A stretch of 64,000 nucleotides of DNA from Amphiscolops sp. MND2022 (taxonomy: Eukaryota), in the NCBI GenBank assembly GCA_964187785.1, contig OZ076420.1, positions 19,034,001 through 19,098,000 of the forward strand, read 5' to 3'. The position numbers were made by a program, and so were the translations under genes. Positions 38,901-46,883 of this stretch are shown here, piece after piece; position 1 is the stretch's first letter; each line of letters begins with the position of its first letter. A model generated the notes under the pieces. That model searched no databases and was not told where the DNA came from. It was given only the letters and a program-made list of their open reading frames with translations.

Positions 38901-41900
38901 ATTCGGAGCGACTGGTGGGTAAACGGCAACGCCAGAGCTGTCCATTAAATCTTCCATATCTGTGGTGTCGCCATATAATCCTGGTACTTCCTCTGTAGAT
39001 TCAGTCTCTTTGTTACTGCCGGCCCCTGTCTCAATGTTTGTCAGATCATTCCTCACGGCAATGGGCTCTGACACAGAGGCTTTTAGAAAGGGGATGCTGA
39101 CAGTGACCATCTGGGCAGTAACACCTGGCTGACTTGGCAGTGGACTTATGATCTCAGCCTCGGGTTGGGACATTACGTCAAGGGTCCTTTCAATAAATGC
39201 GGTTACACTTTCTTCAGTAGACCTGCTGCCTTCGGACACTTGGGGAGAAGGCCTGATAAGGCCTGATAACTCAACGGTCTCTGGAGTCTCAGTTTCATCG
39301 TTCCCGACAACTGGAGCGGTAGTGGGTTCTGGCGAATTTTCCTCTGTTGTCATACCTAAATGAAAAGAGATAAATACATGCGGACAACTTCCTGAATATG
39401 ACTCCATCCAAACCGCAGTAAAATCTTCCGGAAGTGAAAAGGAATAAAACATAACGTCTAAATTGCATCGACGAAAATGGACAGGAAGTGCATGAACGAG
39501 ATGAAAAGCCTTGATCAAGCTTATTTCCGTTCAAAAATTAAAAGACCAGATAGCTTACCTGCAGTTGTTGGCCAATTGGGAACTGAGGGAGTATGACGTG
39601 AAGATCTTTGACGTATTGAAATTCTACTGCAAACCAGGCTAGAAGATCCTGAGGGACCAAATGTCCTGATTGGGCAAATCTTTGGCAGTGAAGAGGGAGG
39701 AGTAGGTCTTGATGACGACGAAAAGGAAGATCTGGACGAATCCGGCAGCTGGACAGCGATCCTGAATGAGGGGATGAGAGGCAGTATAAAATTCAAACAA
39801 TGACTCTGTACTAAATAAACAATGGATAAATACGAATGTAAGTAATGTAATGAATTGACAATTGAAGAATTGAAAATGATTGCGATTGCAGTAGCAAAGT
39901 TGGAGTTCGTGGCAAACTGGATTTGATGTCAAATATTTTTACAATTATGGGAATTATTTTGTGGATGGAATCTGCCAGAGAAATCCACATTAGTTATATT
40001 TCGAAACATGCATTTTCATTATTTTATTACCTTAGTTATTTCATTATTTTTAGTTATTTTATTATTTCCTTATTTGGATTATTTTTTTTAATTCCGCCAT
40101 ATTGAAAAGCGGACTGAGTGGGCAATTCCCATTGGCTGTCGCGGCGATGCGCCGCGCGTGGCCTTAAAACTTCATCACCCTCTCTTGAAATTCTCAAGTG
40201 GATATCAAGTGGAGATAAACACTAGACGAAGTCCTTGAAGGTTCTTTGCCGACTTAGGCAAGCTGAAGTTGATCGTCGGTCAACAAAGCAGAAAGCGGTC
40301 CATATCAAAGAATATCTTGGAAAGCTTAGTCAGCGAAACATGATGCGGGAAACGAAAGACCGGGAAAATGTGAAGCAAAACCATCGAGAAACTGAGAAAT
40401 GAAAACCGCCATTTGCTTCCTAACTTCCAAACTAAACAGTTGCTCTACTCAAACCGAATTAAAATTGTCCTATCGCATTCAAAATTGCAAAAAAGATAAT
40501 AAAAGATAGATTTATGGCTCAACGATTTCCTGAAGACTTCATCGGCGCAGCGCCCGAGGGCATAGATATCATCTGCCTGTCCAGCGACGAAGAGGAGGGA
40601 ATGTGTGACCTAAGCATGACTTCGGTGCTAGACCTTCAACTGTCATCGGAGGACGAAGAAGAAATAGATGACGAAATCATGATGATGGCCCAGTGTGTCG
40701 AGATGGAATTATCATCACCCATCCCAGTGCCTGGTCCATCCACAGCGCTGAAAATTAGAAACGAGGCCCCCCGATATAACCCACCAAGGTACGGGACCTC
40801 CGGGGCGAGTTTTGCAACAAGGCTTACTCTTGACCAATCCTTTTTCTCATTAGGAAAAGGAAACGGCCCAATACGGCGAGACGACCGAGTGCGCAATAAT
40901 CACCCTATCAAGCTGTGTAGGGAAATCGTTCCCATGGTGGACACTCCCATGTCGCCCCCACCAGAAGAGAAAGGACCAACTTACGACACCTACTCAGCGG
41001 ACGGTCAGGGCGAGATTACCCAGCAGTCATTGGACGCAGTTGCAAACCATTTCCAAGGAATGGAGATTGAGACGAACAACCCTATGGCAAATTACTCAGA
41101 TTGCGTGATATGTGGGAAATCTACATTACAAATCCAGAGTGAAGCTGTCACAGACTACTTGCGCAAGACGGCCATTTTGGGAGAATCGGCAGATCAACTA
41201 GAAGCGCGCAAAAGAGCCTTTTTGGAAGGAATGCAAGTGGGCACTTTCTTATTGCTACCAGGGGGAGTGTCGCAGGCTGCCGCCTGCGATGGCAACATTT
41301 ACACGATTGACCATACGAAGCCAATCGCCCTACCTGGGACGCTCCCATTGTAAACCAAAACTTTCAAACATTTAGTATTATTTTGAACATGTAATATTAA
41401 TTGATGAATTATATTGTTATTTCTTATGTAAAATACATTTGACAGCAAGCCATACTGACAGGCAGAAAGGAAACGTGTTCAAATGTTTGCCTGCTCAGTA
41501 TGGCTAGCTATGCCGTCTACGGTCAATTGGCCAATCAGAGTGCAGTTTGTAATAGCCATCTTATTACTTATTACGTAACTGTGCTAATAACTATTTAGAA
41601 TGGACCAAGGCGGCCAACTAACTTTGCCGGCCTTATTGTACTCTAATGCTATACTTGATTGGTATTCAGTAATTACAAAAAGGACGAAAGCGGCTATGTG
41701 ACATAGCCGTCCCAATTCACTGTATTAATTGTCTTGGTGCTAAGCAGTAAATAAGGCCTGTCATGGCCGGTTAGCACGATGAATACTCAAATGCTGTATA
41801 CTTGCCATATGAAATTGGTATTCCAGTTAATTAGTGGCTTGAAGATGCAAATAACCCACCCCATGCAATAAACAGACATATACACTGTTAACATGTAATT

Positions 41901-44900
41901 GTTGCTCTCTCATATTATGATGGGACTGAATTAGAAAACCCCAACGGCCATACGCCGAACAGGGCCTTCATGAATTGTTGTGCATGTAAACTGTTGCTTG
42001 CATGAATTATACTTGTAAACAATTTGACCCATATGCGGATGAGACTTGTCGGGCCCTTTGATCTAGCCGCCCGCACAAGTCTAAAATGATGTCATGTTAC
42101 TATTTATAGTGCTGACGTATCTATTTTTAGTTTGCGTTGCTATTTTTAGTATCATGACCGTTACAATTTTGCCTGTCATGCCCTCTGGGGTATATATACC
42201 CAAGTCGGCCTGACAAAGGTTAATCATAATTTTGCAGCTGCCTGATACACTACGCTCATCTTGATTAATCTGAAAATAGAAGTATTTGTCCCCAGGAACA
42301 ATTCAAATATTTTCTCCTGGAATAACATTTTCAATGCCTTCTACGAGGAGACAAAAGGCCAAGTCTAGAAAATCTAGAGAATTAGATATGTTGTCCGACT
42401 ATGGCAACATGGACGTAATGCTAGGTGGCAGAAGTTCCAACTCTATAGAAAGAGAACTTGATAGCTTGATTAATGTCCCTGAGGGACAACGAGACTTTCA
42501 GTCCTTTCCGAACAGAGAAAATTCATCTCAAGAAAATGAGATTAGAGACATCGATAGTAGAAATGAACCAGTCAGGGAAAGTAGACTGATAGAGTCTATC
42601 AATACACTATCTGGGGAAATGAACGCTAGGATGTCGCGTGAGATGGAGGCTATGATGGACCTAATGCAATCACAGATTACCAGGGCCATCAGTTCTGCTA
42701 TAAGCGAGAGAGTCATTCCGGAAATACAGAATATGGTAGAAAATTTATCTTTGGGTCAACACGGCGTTGAGCCGGGTACGTCCTTAAATGAGGATGGAAT
42801 TGGGAATGTATGGAAGAACGCAAATACGAAATTTACAAAGAAGGACTCAAGGTCCGCTTGTGATCTGAGGGATTACACGGACAATGTTCCTTACAGACGC
42901 AATGATATAAAATTGAACGAGAAGATCAGAAAAATACTAGACTTAGAGGATAGCGTCCTAATTTACTACCACTTATTACGAAAGTAGTTCCAGCATATCA
43001 TAGCTATGGTTGCACACCCAGTTAGAAAAATTCTCAAGATAAAAACAAAATGATCTACTTGAAAAAGCAAAAAATCCTCAGAAAAAAGAATAGCGGACAA
43101 ACGGTAGCCATTGTAAAAAACGCTTCAATTGGAAACTTGATGACTACCCAAAAGTGTTCCGGACATCGAAAGGTAAAAAGTATTTTAAGAAGGCGGCCAC
43201 AAGTATGGCAATAAAAAACTGTACACTATAGAAATCAGCATTACTGCTGAATCCACCGGCAGAAATGGCTTACATGTTTTAGCAATTAAGGGATTGATCA
43301 ATGGTGGATCAAACAAGACGGCAGCGTCTCAAGTCGGCGCCCCTCTTAGGACTCAAAAAGCGCAACGTTTTAAAAGTGTGCTTAGGTCATTTTCGAGTAA
43401 AATTTATCATTGGAGTACCAAACAAGTGACAGTTAGATAGTACTAAGTTACCTTAAACAAATGCTTATAGAAATGTTTCAGTTCGCTGGTCTCCGCAACC
43501 TCGAAAAGCGGAACCTCGACTTCTTTTTTAGTGAAACGCAGCGTTGGATATAACGCGAAACAGTCGTGTATACCGCTCGAGGGTACACCATTCTAGGGTT
43601 TTGTTCAGTTTTTCCCGGTAGGTCTCTAAGATGGCAACTGAATGCATTGCGAGTACCGCAACCTCGAAACGTTGAATCCACTGATCCCAATGGTGGGGGC
43701 TTTTCTACGTCTTGGCAGTAATCGCCTAATCCAGATAAAGGTGGATTAGGGTCTTCGTTTGATGCTCGCAGCGCCATGTTAAAGGTTGCTCGAGACAGTA
43801 AGAAACAAGACGGGAACGTCTAAAGTCGGCGCTATATCTAAGGCTCAAAAAGCGCAAAGTTTTCTAAATATGCTCAGGACGTATTCATGAAAAGATTTGA
43901 AAACAAAGTGTGCCTTTCATGTTCGATATGACTGGAAAATCACTGTTTTCCGACTGGGAACAAATTAAAATTTGAAAATTTTTTTGAAATTTTTTTTTTT
44001 AAAAAATTCGAAAATGTCGCATAGTGCCGAAAAATGAAAAGGGGGGGCCCTTTGGGATTCATTAACATACATTCTGTTGCAAAGTATCAAAAAAATCGAA
44101 GGGGGGACTCTTTTGAGACCTTAAAAAATTTTCGAAAAAAAATTCGCACAGTGCCGAAAAAAATTGAAAGGGGGGAGGGACCCTTTGGTCTCTTCCGGTT
44201 TTGTAGGTTACGTAAAAAAGGTAAAAAATGAAAGGGGGACCCTTTGCACTAAGTTTCCATTGGCCTGACTTGGCCTGAGTAGTCTTATAAGTTTCTGTAA
44301 AAAGTGGTACATACGCGATGAGCTCTGTGGTCTGACGAAAAAAAAAGAAAAAAAACTAGCCACTGTAATAGTCGGGCTTTTTTCCTTAAAGGAAAAGGCG
44401 CCGACTAAAAAGAGTAGTGTGTAACTATGAATTAAGGCGCATTAAGGTGCGAATGACGCTTCTTTCTATTTTGGCACTTCAGTTCGATGTGACAATTACG
44501 GGTTGTTTACCAAAATCAGATAAGTGACATATTTATAACTTTTTCACACTCTATCACACATGAAGGAGGCAAAACGAGAGCGCAGGCAATAAAGAATGAC
44601 CAGGAACGTTCCTGCTTTGCAAAACTGCTTCGAAACCAGTGGAATTTGAGGTGATGTTAAAAAGAATAACGGGAGTTTGAATGAATACTCAGAATGAAAG
44701 AACATGGGATGCTTTTGGTGACAAAAACCGAGACCGTAAGAAATTTACAGCGTATCTACAAACCACACTTTTTCAAATTATATCATTCCAAGTTGCCTTT
44801 TTCTGCTATCAGAATCAAAAACAAACAAAAAACTTTCTTTTGTGCAGTTTATTGTTTTCGGCCTGCTTTCCCCAGCACAATAGATCCTATTTTTACAATT

Positions 44901-45814
44901 TGTATAACGTTTTTCAACCTGGAGTATTTCTAAGCAGCTCCAAAGCAACCTCTGGAGGACCCAGCTCCATTGTCATACAGGAACAGATGGATCTTAGAAA
45001 TTTGACTGTCGTCGTTCTCATCGTTTTTTTGGTGTTATGTGGAAGTGCCCAGTGTCTAACTGTCTACAAACACGGTAAGCATTAATTTTGTAACGACGCC
45101 CCCTAAGCACCGGGATATTTTCTGCCTCGGCGTAGTGCCTTGGAAAACTGAAAAAAAAACCGGTTCCAGCGGGAACAACGTCTGAAGGGATAACTTCTAA
45201 ACATCTAAATGTATTAAGGTGGGCAATGAGCATGACTTGGTTTTAGACATCATTCCCGATATGCATTTGGATGTTATTCCTTAGACGTTATTCCCGGTCG
45301 CCGAAGTTTTTCACAAGGAATTTAATGAGATCAGGTGTTTTTGGTTTCGGTTTTTTCCACGGGTTTCTTTCAGTGTCAAAGAAGTCAGAACGCAGTTTTG
45401 CTGTGTAGATAGTTTTGTCGTTTCTGGGGTTCCAATATGTCAAAACACGATATAATATTGCAAATGTCAAAATTTATTAATCTCACTGTTTCCATAAACA
45501 AACGTTTTTCAAGTTTGAAGTACGTTTTTGGAAAACTTTTTTCGAATTCACTTCATATTTTGATTTAAACACCAAAACTGCCTGGAATTAACTTCTACAG
45601 ACCTTTGCCTGTTATCCGTTCTCTGGAAGAACTGCTCTACGTGTTGAATAGCTCCTCAAACTTCTTTCTGTACTGTGCGAGCAGTGGCATGTTCAGGAAA
45701 GAGTTGCGCAACTTCTTCAAGAATTTGCGAAATATGTTAACATGTCAGTGCCATCGCTCGGAAGCAGACCAACCTGTGAAAATACCTGCAATTATTGCCA
45801 ACAACTCCGTGTGA
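17822..45814 (+). CDS. Spliced class A (rhodopsin-like) GPCR gene, invertebrate peptide-receptor-like; start exon not identified
   Basis: Exons 17822-17992, 21279-21389, 22129-22336, 26930-27227, 44938-45074, 45170-45218 and 45601-45814 give TM1 (GCVLN), TM2 (LAVSD), TM3 (Cys...IAIDRC), TM4, TM5 (IVP), TM6 and TM7 (LNSSSNFFLYC..S..FRKEL) in order. All introns are GT-AG; phases match except exon 4, which needs a 1-nt correction. Confidence 0.85.
18268..20535 (-). mobile_element. Helentron/HINE-like element, copy 2, interrupted by a solo LTR
   Basis: Hairpin gccg-agaa-cggc (18273-18284) and agtcggcgcc (18288-18297) followed by atatctaaggctcaaaaa. Family sequence resumes after 20204 and fades near actataatagtc (~20535). 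Confidence 0.55.
18455..20199 (+). mobile_element. Solo LTR (1745 bp) related to the 27321-42895 element
   Basis: Starts tgtcgcaggctgcc, ends ...cttacgaca, flanked by 5-bp TSD GGGGA (18450-18454, 20200-20204). Contains the family TATA context (ggggtatatatacc, ~19490) and a gag N-terminus MPTTRKQKKARKSRGLELLSDIENLDIMLG (from ~19626). Confidence 0.9.
21279..21389 (+). CDS. GPCR exon encoding TM2 and extracellular loop 1
   Basis: tttttcag|CT...GCTG|gttagt, 111 nt, phase 1 to phase 1; (A)LAVSDTLSILFDGLVDGLDCIFGKKTLGSKTWICYA. Not in the ORF track. Confidence 0.85.
22129..22336 (+). CDS. GPCR exon encoding TM3 (DRC motif) and TM4
   Basis: tgtttcag|AT...AGAAA|gtaagt, phase 1 to phase 2; LGLDNVTTFATFWVVTLIAIDRCTGLLYPRRY...ACKMLTITLAIVYVLCAVLIIGAFWSR. 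Confidence 0.9.
22410..22790 (+). repeat. Two-copy tandem duplication, unit ~190 bp
   Basis: aatttac..cgagccggcaacaccaaaaca.ttttatgcct...tgtaatgtccaccagtttggtgaca.agcaacacc occurs at ~22411 and again at ~22603. Confidence 0.8.
25165..26345 (-). mobile_element. 5'-truncated LTR of the same retrotransposon group, minus strand
   Basis: The - strand has the LTR blocks ggaaac..gttcaaatgt.tgcctg, gccaatcaga.tgca and a TATA-like tataaaaacccaagt, then a decayed gag start ...LSDYDKMDVMLDKNNSNSIER (cf. LSDYGNMDVMLGGRSSNSIER). It ends in ...actaaca at 25165. Confidence 0.7.
26930..27227 (+). CDS. GPCR exon encoding extracellular loop 2, TM5 and start of intracellular loop 3 (apparent 1-nt frameshift)
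   Basis: ctgtttcag|A GAT GGG, phase 2 matching the previous exon; DGTYATDDCGQSIADGYKLFLLFGFVIVKAIVPIALTAITLVIVCEVNK. As written the frame stops at 27201-27203, before the strong donor CT|gtaagt at 27228. Confidence 0.75.
27321..28948 (+). repeat. 5' LTR (1628 bp)
   Basis: tgtcgcaggc...ttccttaca; near-identical to 41268-42895 (about 7 substitutions found by eye). Confidence 0.97.
28244..28251 (+). promoter_or_regulatory. Putative LTR TATA box
   Basis: TATATATA about 140 nt upstream of the gag ATG (28387). A TATA in similar context occurs in the LTRs at 18455, 25165 (-) and 52437. Confidence 0.6.
28387..30090 (+). CDS. gag: Gag polyprotein (567 aa from ATG 28387); first ~187 codons lie inside the 5' LTR
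   Basis: Open frame with a capsid-like region (FDGKTEKFELFEDLF...) and two CX2CX4HX4C knuckles (CSYCKAEDHFWKNC, CPTCSKTNHPAEKC). The ORF track starts it at upstream TTG 28339. Confidence 0.92.
   Translation: MPSTRRQKAKSRKSRELDMLSDYGNMDVMLGGRSSNSIERELDSLINVPEGQRDFQSFPNRENSSQENEIRDIDSRNEPVRESRLIESINTLSGEMNARMSREMEAMMDLMQSQITRAISSAISERVIPEIQNMVENLPLGQHGVEPGTSLNEDGIGNVWKNADTKFTKKDSRSACDLRDYTDNVPYMVTGATELQQPIPEFLTGRIHSQPDLQRQESTHDTTLDTTLPIAEPAPAEQPQDPINRLADVLVNLQNKPHSMTIRPVTTNPMTFDGKTEKFELFEDLFHTMIKMQPAMTEQMKINHFHSLLRKGALQTFRNINSINRQTLADVLVIFRRKYVKPESQATAKHKWHRLIFDPNTMKLPDFLEELNQGAEKAFGENAKSMIDSLLYAKLPPKLKRSVNMARLENGTYEEIVAHLERELELNALEESDDQPIATMASSSNKSRNLLSNGIDTNKNNQCSYCKAEDHFWKNCPKLKKKKESEAKDGKKPQRQTYPECPTCSKTNHPAEKCWSGAGAHLRPKRNRQDSTKDTEPSEDEGTRTKNEKSTTSSSGQSNSKKPESKN
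28949..28960 (+). other. Putative primer-binding site
   Basis: TGGTGACAGGAG directly follows the LTR end; TGG is complementary to a tRNA 3'-CCA. The cognate tRNA could not be assigned. Confidence 0.7.
30081..30087 (+). promoter_or_regulatory. Putative -1 programmed ribosomal frameshift site (A-AAA-AAC)
   Basis: Canonical X-XXY-YYZ heptamer in the gag frame immediately before the gag TAA; pol is in the -1 frame and open across it. Confidence 0.75.
30081..35329 (+). pseudogene. pol: Pol (protease-RT-RNase H-integrase), disrupted by one stop (32607-32609) and one frameshift (~33235)
   Basis: Protease LIDTGAHSSAI, RT YVDD, RNase H LMTDAS/EFLAI/ILTDNKS, integrase HHCC (HGTAHKHPG...CVTC) and D-D-E (MQIDLL, ITDKG, KLERT). 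ORFs 30093-32609 and 32661-33317 are in frame; 33233-35329 is shifted. Confidence 0.95.
35355..35360 (-). terminator. Putative polyadenylation signal of the antisense cargo gene
   Basis: AATAAA on the - strand ~146 nt downstream of the antisense stop at 35507-35509, in the short AT-rich spacer between the convergent pol and cargo ends. Confidence 0.45.
37735..37827 (-). other. Antisense spliceosomal intron (93 bp), phase 0
   Basis: ACT|GTAAGT...tttgtgttttgttttTAG|AAC; joining keeps the frame (PATLT-NVFHHVF). Confidence 0.75.
39356..39558 (-). other. Antisense spliceosomal intron (203 bp), phase 1
   Basis: GCAG|GTAAGC...atctcttttcattTAG|GTATG; joining fuses the 39521-39796 and 38865-39518 frames (PTTAG-MTTEEN). 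Confidence 0.75.
40514..41353 (+). CDS. Accessory 279-aa protein of unknown function with SIM-like acidic motifs; reads through the PPT into the 3' LTR
   Basis: Intact ATG-to-TAA ORF with IDIICLSSDEEE and VLDLQLSSEDEEE near the N-terminus and CVIC near the C-terminus. The stop codon lies 86 nt inside the 3' LTR. No signal peptide or TM helix is apparent. Confidence 0.85.
   Translation: MAQRFPEDFIGAAPEGIDIICLSSDEEEGMCDLSMTSVLDLQLSSEDEEEIDDEIMMMAQCVEMELSSPIPVPGPSTALKIRNEAPRYNPPRYGTSGASFATRLTLDQSFFSLGKGNGPIRRDDRVRNNHPIKLCREIVPMVDTPMSPPPEEKGPTYDTYSADGQGEITQQSLDAVANHFQGMEIETNNPMANYSDCVICGKSTLQIQSEAVTDYLRKTAILGESADQLEARKRAFLEGMQVGTFLLLPGGVSQAAACDGNIYTIDHTKPIALPGTLPL
41260..41267 (+). other. Polypurine tract
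   Basis: AGGGGGAG directly before the TG of the 3' LTR; it also encodes part of Pro-Gly-Gly-Val in the 279-aa ORF. Confidence 0.85.
41268..42895 (+). repeat. 3' LTR (1628 bp)
   Basis: Direct repeat of 27321-28948, followed by TSD GACGC. Confidence 0.97.
43311..43400 (-). mobile_element. Helentron/HINE-like end fragment, copy 3
   Basis: aaacaagacg-gcag-cgtct hairpin plus agtcggcgcc (43332-43341). Confidence 0.5.
43803..44411 (-). mobile_element. Helentron/HINE-like element, copy 4 (both ends present)
   Basis: Hairpin agacg-ggaa-cgtct (43808-43821), agtcggcgc (43824-43832), and far-end ggcgccgact+aaaaa (44397-44411) with internal agtcggg (~44370). Confidence 0.65.
44938..45074 (+). CDS. GPCR exon encoding end of intracellular loop 3 and TM6
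   Basis: ttctaagcag|C...CACG|gtaagc (alternative acceptor at 44934, same phase); MDLRNLTVVVLIVFLVLCGSAQCLTVYKH. Confidence 0.7.
45170..45218 (+). CDS. GPCR 49-nt exon (extracellular loop 3)
   Basis: ttccag|CG...TTAAG|gtgggc converts phase 1 to phase 2, exactly as needed to join the TM6 and TM7 exons; (A)GTTSEGITSKHLNVL(R). Confidence 0.55.
45601..45814 (+). CDS. GPCR last exon: TM7, helix 8 and C-terminal tail
   Basis: acttctacag|A CCT TTG; LPVIRSLEELLYVLNSSSNFFLYCASSGMFRKELRNFFK...*. NSSxNFxxY is the NPxxY variant common in invertebrate peptide receptors. Confidence 0.85.
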
Positions 45815-46883
45815 TTGCAGTTGAATCCTGTGACTTTATGGGAGTCAATGTTTGATAGGGAAAAGTGGTTCGAGTTATCGGGAGAGTTCAATTCAGTATT
45901 AGTTGTGAAGAATATTATAAACAAGCGATTTATTTCATACAACTAATCCATTTTTGTAGCACCTATCAGCTATAATTTTTGTGGGTACTACCAATTTGCT
46001 TCAATTACTCTATACTTTTGTTTTACTTTTGTTCATATTTATAATTTCGATTCATATGGGAAAAATAATTCTGTTGTCAGTTTCGTTTTTTTTTCAATTT
46101 TAGTCGCGCACTTAAGAAAATGAGTCCCATTTTTACAGTGACTAACTTTTTCCCCAAAGCATGGGACCGAAGGGTACCGCAATCAAGTTTTTCAGCACTC
46201 TGCGAATTTTTCATCGATTAGATTTTTTTGACGTTTTCCATTAAAAAAGCGTTTTCTGAGCACTAAAGGTTGCCGACGTTAGTTGAGATTTTCCGTAAAA
46301 ACGCTTTGAGCATCTATTAGAAACTACACTTTTTAAGCCTTGAGCGAGGTGCTGACTTTAGACGTTCTCGCTTCATTTGAAGTAAGTTTTCCCAACACTT
46401 GAAAGATAACCTTTGTTTAAGAGTCATCAATGACGAAAAAAGTGGGTAGTATACATATTCATGAAAATACCTGAATTTGGTTTGACAGAAGTATAGAAGG
46501 TGCCCCAAAAAGTAAAAAAAGAAACTGATTCTCCAAAGACGCATAATTCCAAGCTTAGGAGATTTTTCTTTAGGTTTAAAAATGGACTCTTGAAAATACA
46601 CTTGAATACAAATTGAACCACAACTTTTTCAACGTGTCTTTTCAAAATGTTGGTAATTGTTTTTTCTTAGTTCTTCTGAAAACCATCAATCGAAATTGCA
46701 TGATCTTAAATCTTTTAAATTGACAGAAAAGTGTGTAATTGGACACTGAATGTGGGAGGGTTATGATATTGATACAATAGTCACAGTTTCACGCTGATAA
46801 TATGTCACTCAGTTTTTTTTCAACAGAAAACAACAGTATTGCATATAAGAAGGTTCTTAAACTGTTTGTTTGATACATATATT

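Larger units (their letters stand above)
35507..39810 (-). pseudogene. Antisense, intron-containing cargo gene: BED-like C2H2 zinc finger plus hAT-transposase-like body; disrupted in this copy
   Basis: ORFs 39521-39796, 38865-39518, 38409-38681, 37735-38568, 37313-37630 and 35507-36667 line up on the - strand, linked by two phase-compatible GT-AG introns, a TAA at 38865-38867 and frameshifts (~38575, ~37630, others in 36700-37320). Finger W...FYCMLC-x16-HYKTVGH; hAT-like YSIEF...SVRFW and SFDP...DEYFEF...LFQLCCL. The hAT link is an inference. Confidence 0.7.
27321..42895 (+). mobile_element. Full-length Ty3/gypsy (Metaviridae) LTR retrotransposon, 15,575 bp, with an accessory gene cassette
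   Basis: Two 1628-bp LTRs with TG...CA ends, TSD GACGC (27316-27320 and 42896-42900), PBS-like TGG after the 5' LTR, purine tract before the 3' LTR, gag with 2 zinc knuckles, pol in PR-RT-RH-IN order. Confidence 0.97.

Noticed and set aside
35330-40513. Independent nested hAT DNA transposon
   Set aside because: No TIR pair or 8-bp TSD found by eye around the antisense gene; not fully excluded, so kept as the main alternative hypothesis.
40514-41353. env gene
   Set aside because: No signal peptide, furin site/fusion peptide or C-terminal TM helix; the protein is acidic and Pro-rich.
42286-42987. 233-aa ORF as an independent gene
   Set aside because: It is the LTR-encoded gag start reading through the TSD into flanking DNA.
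44681-44937. N-terminal part of the 134-aa ORF
   Set aside because: Intron-like sequence upstream of the splice acceptor; only 44938-45074 fits the GPCR.
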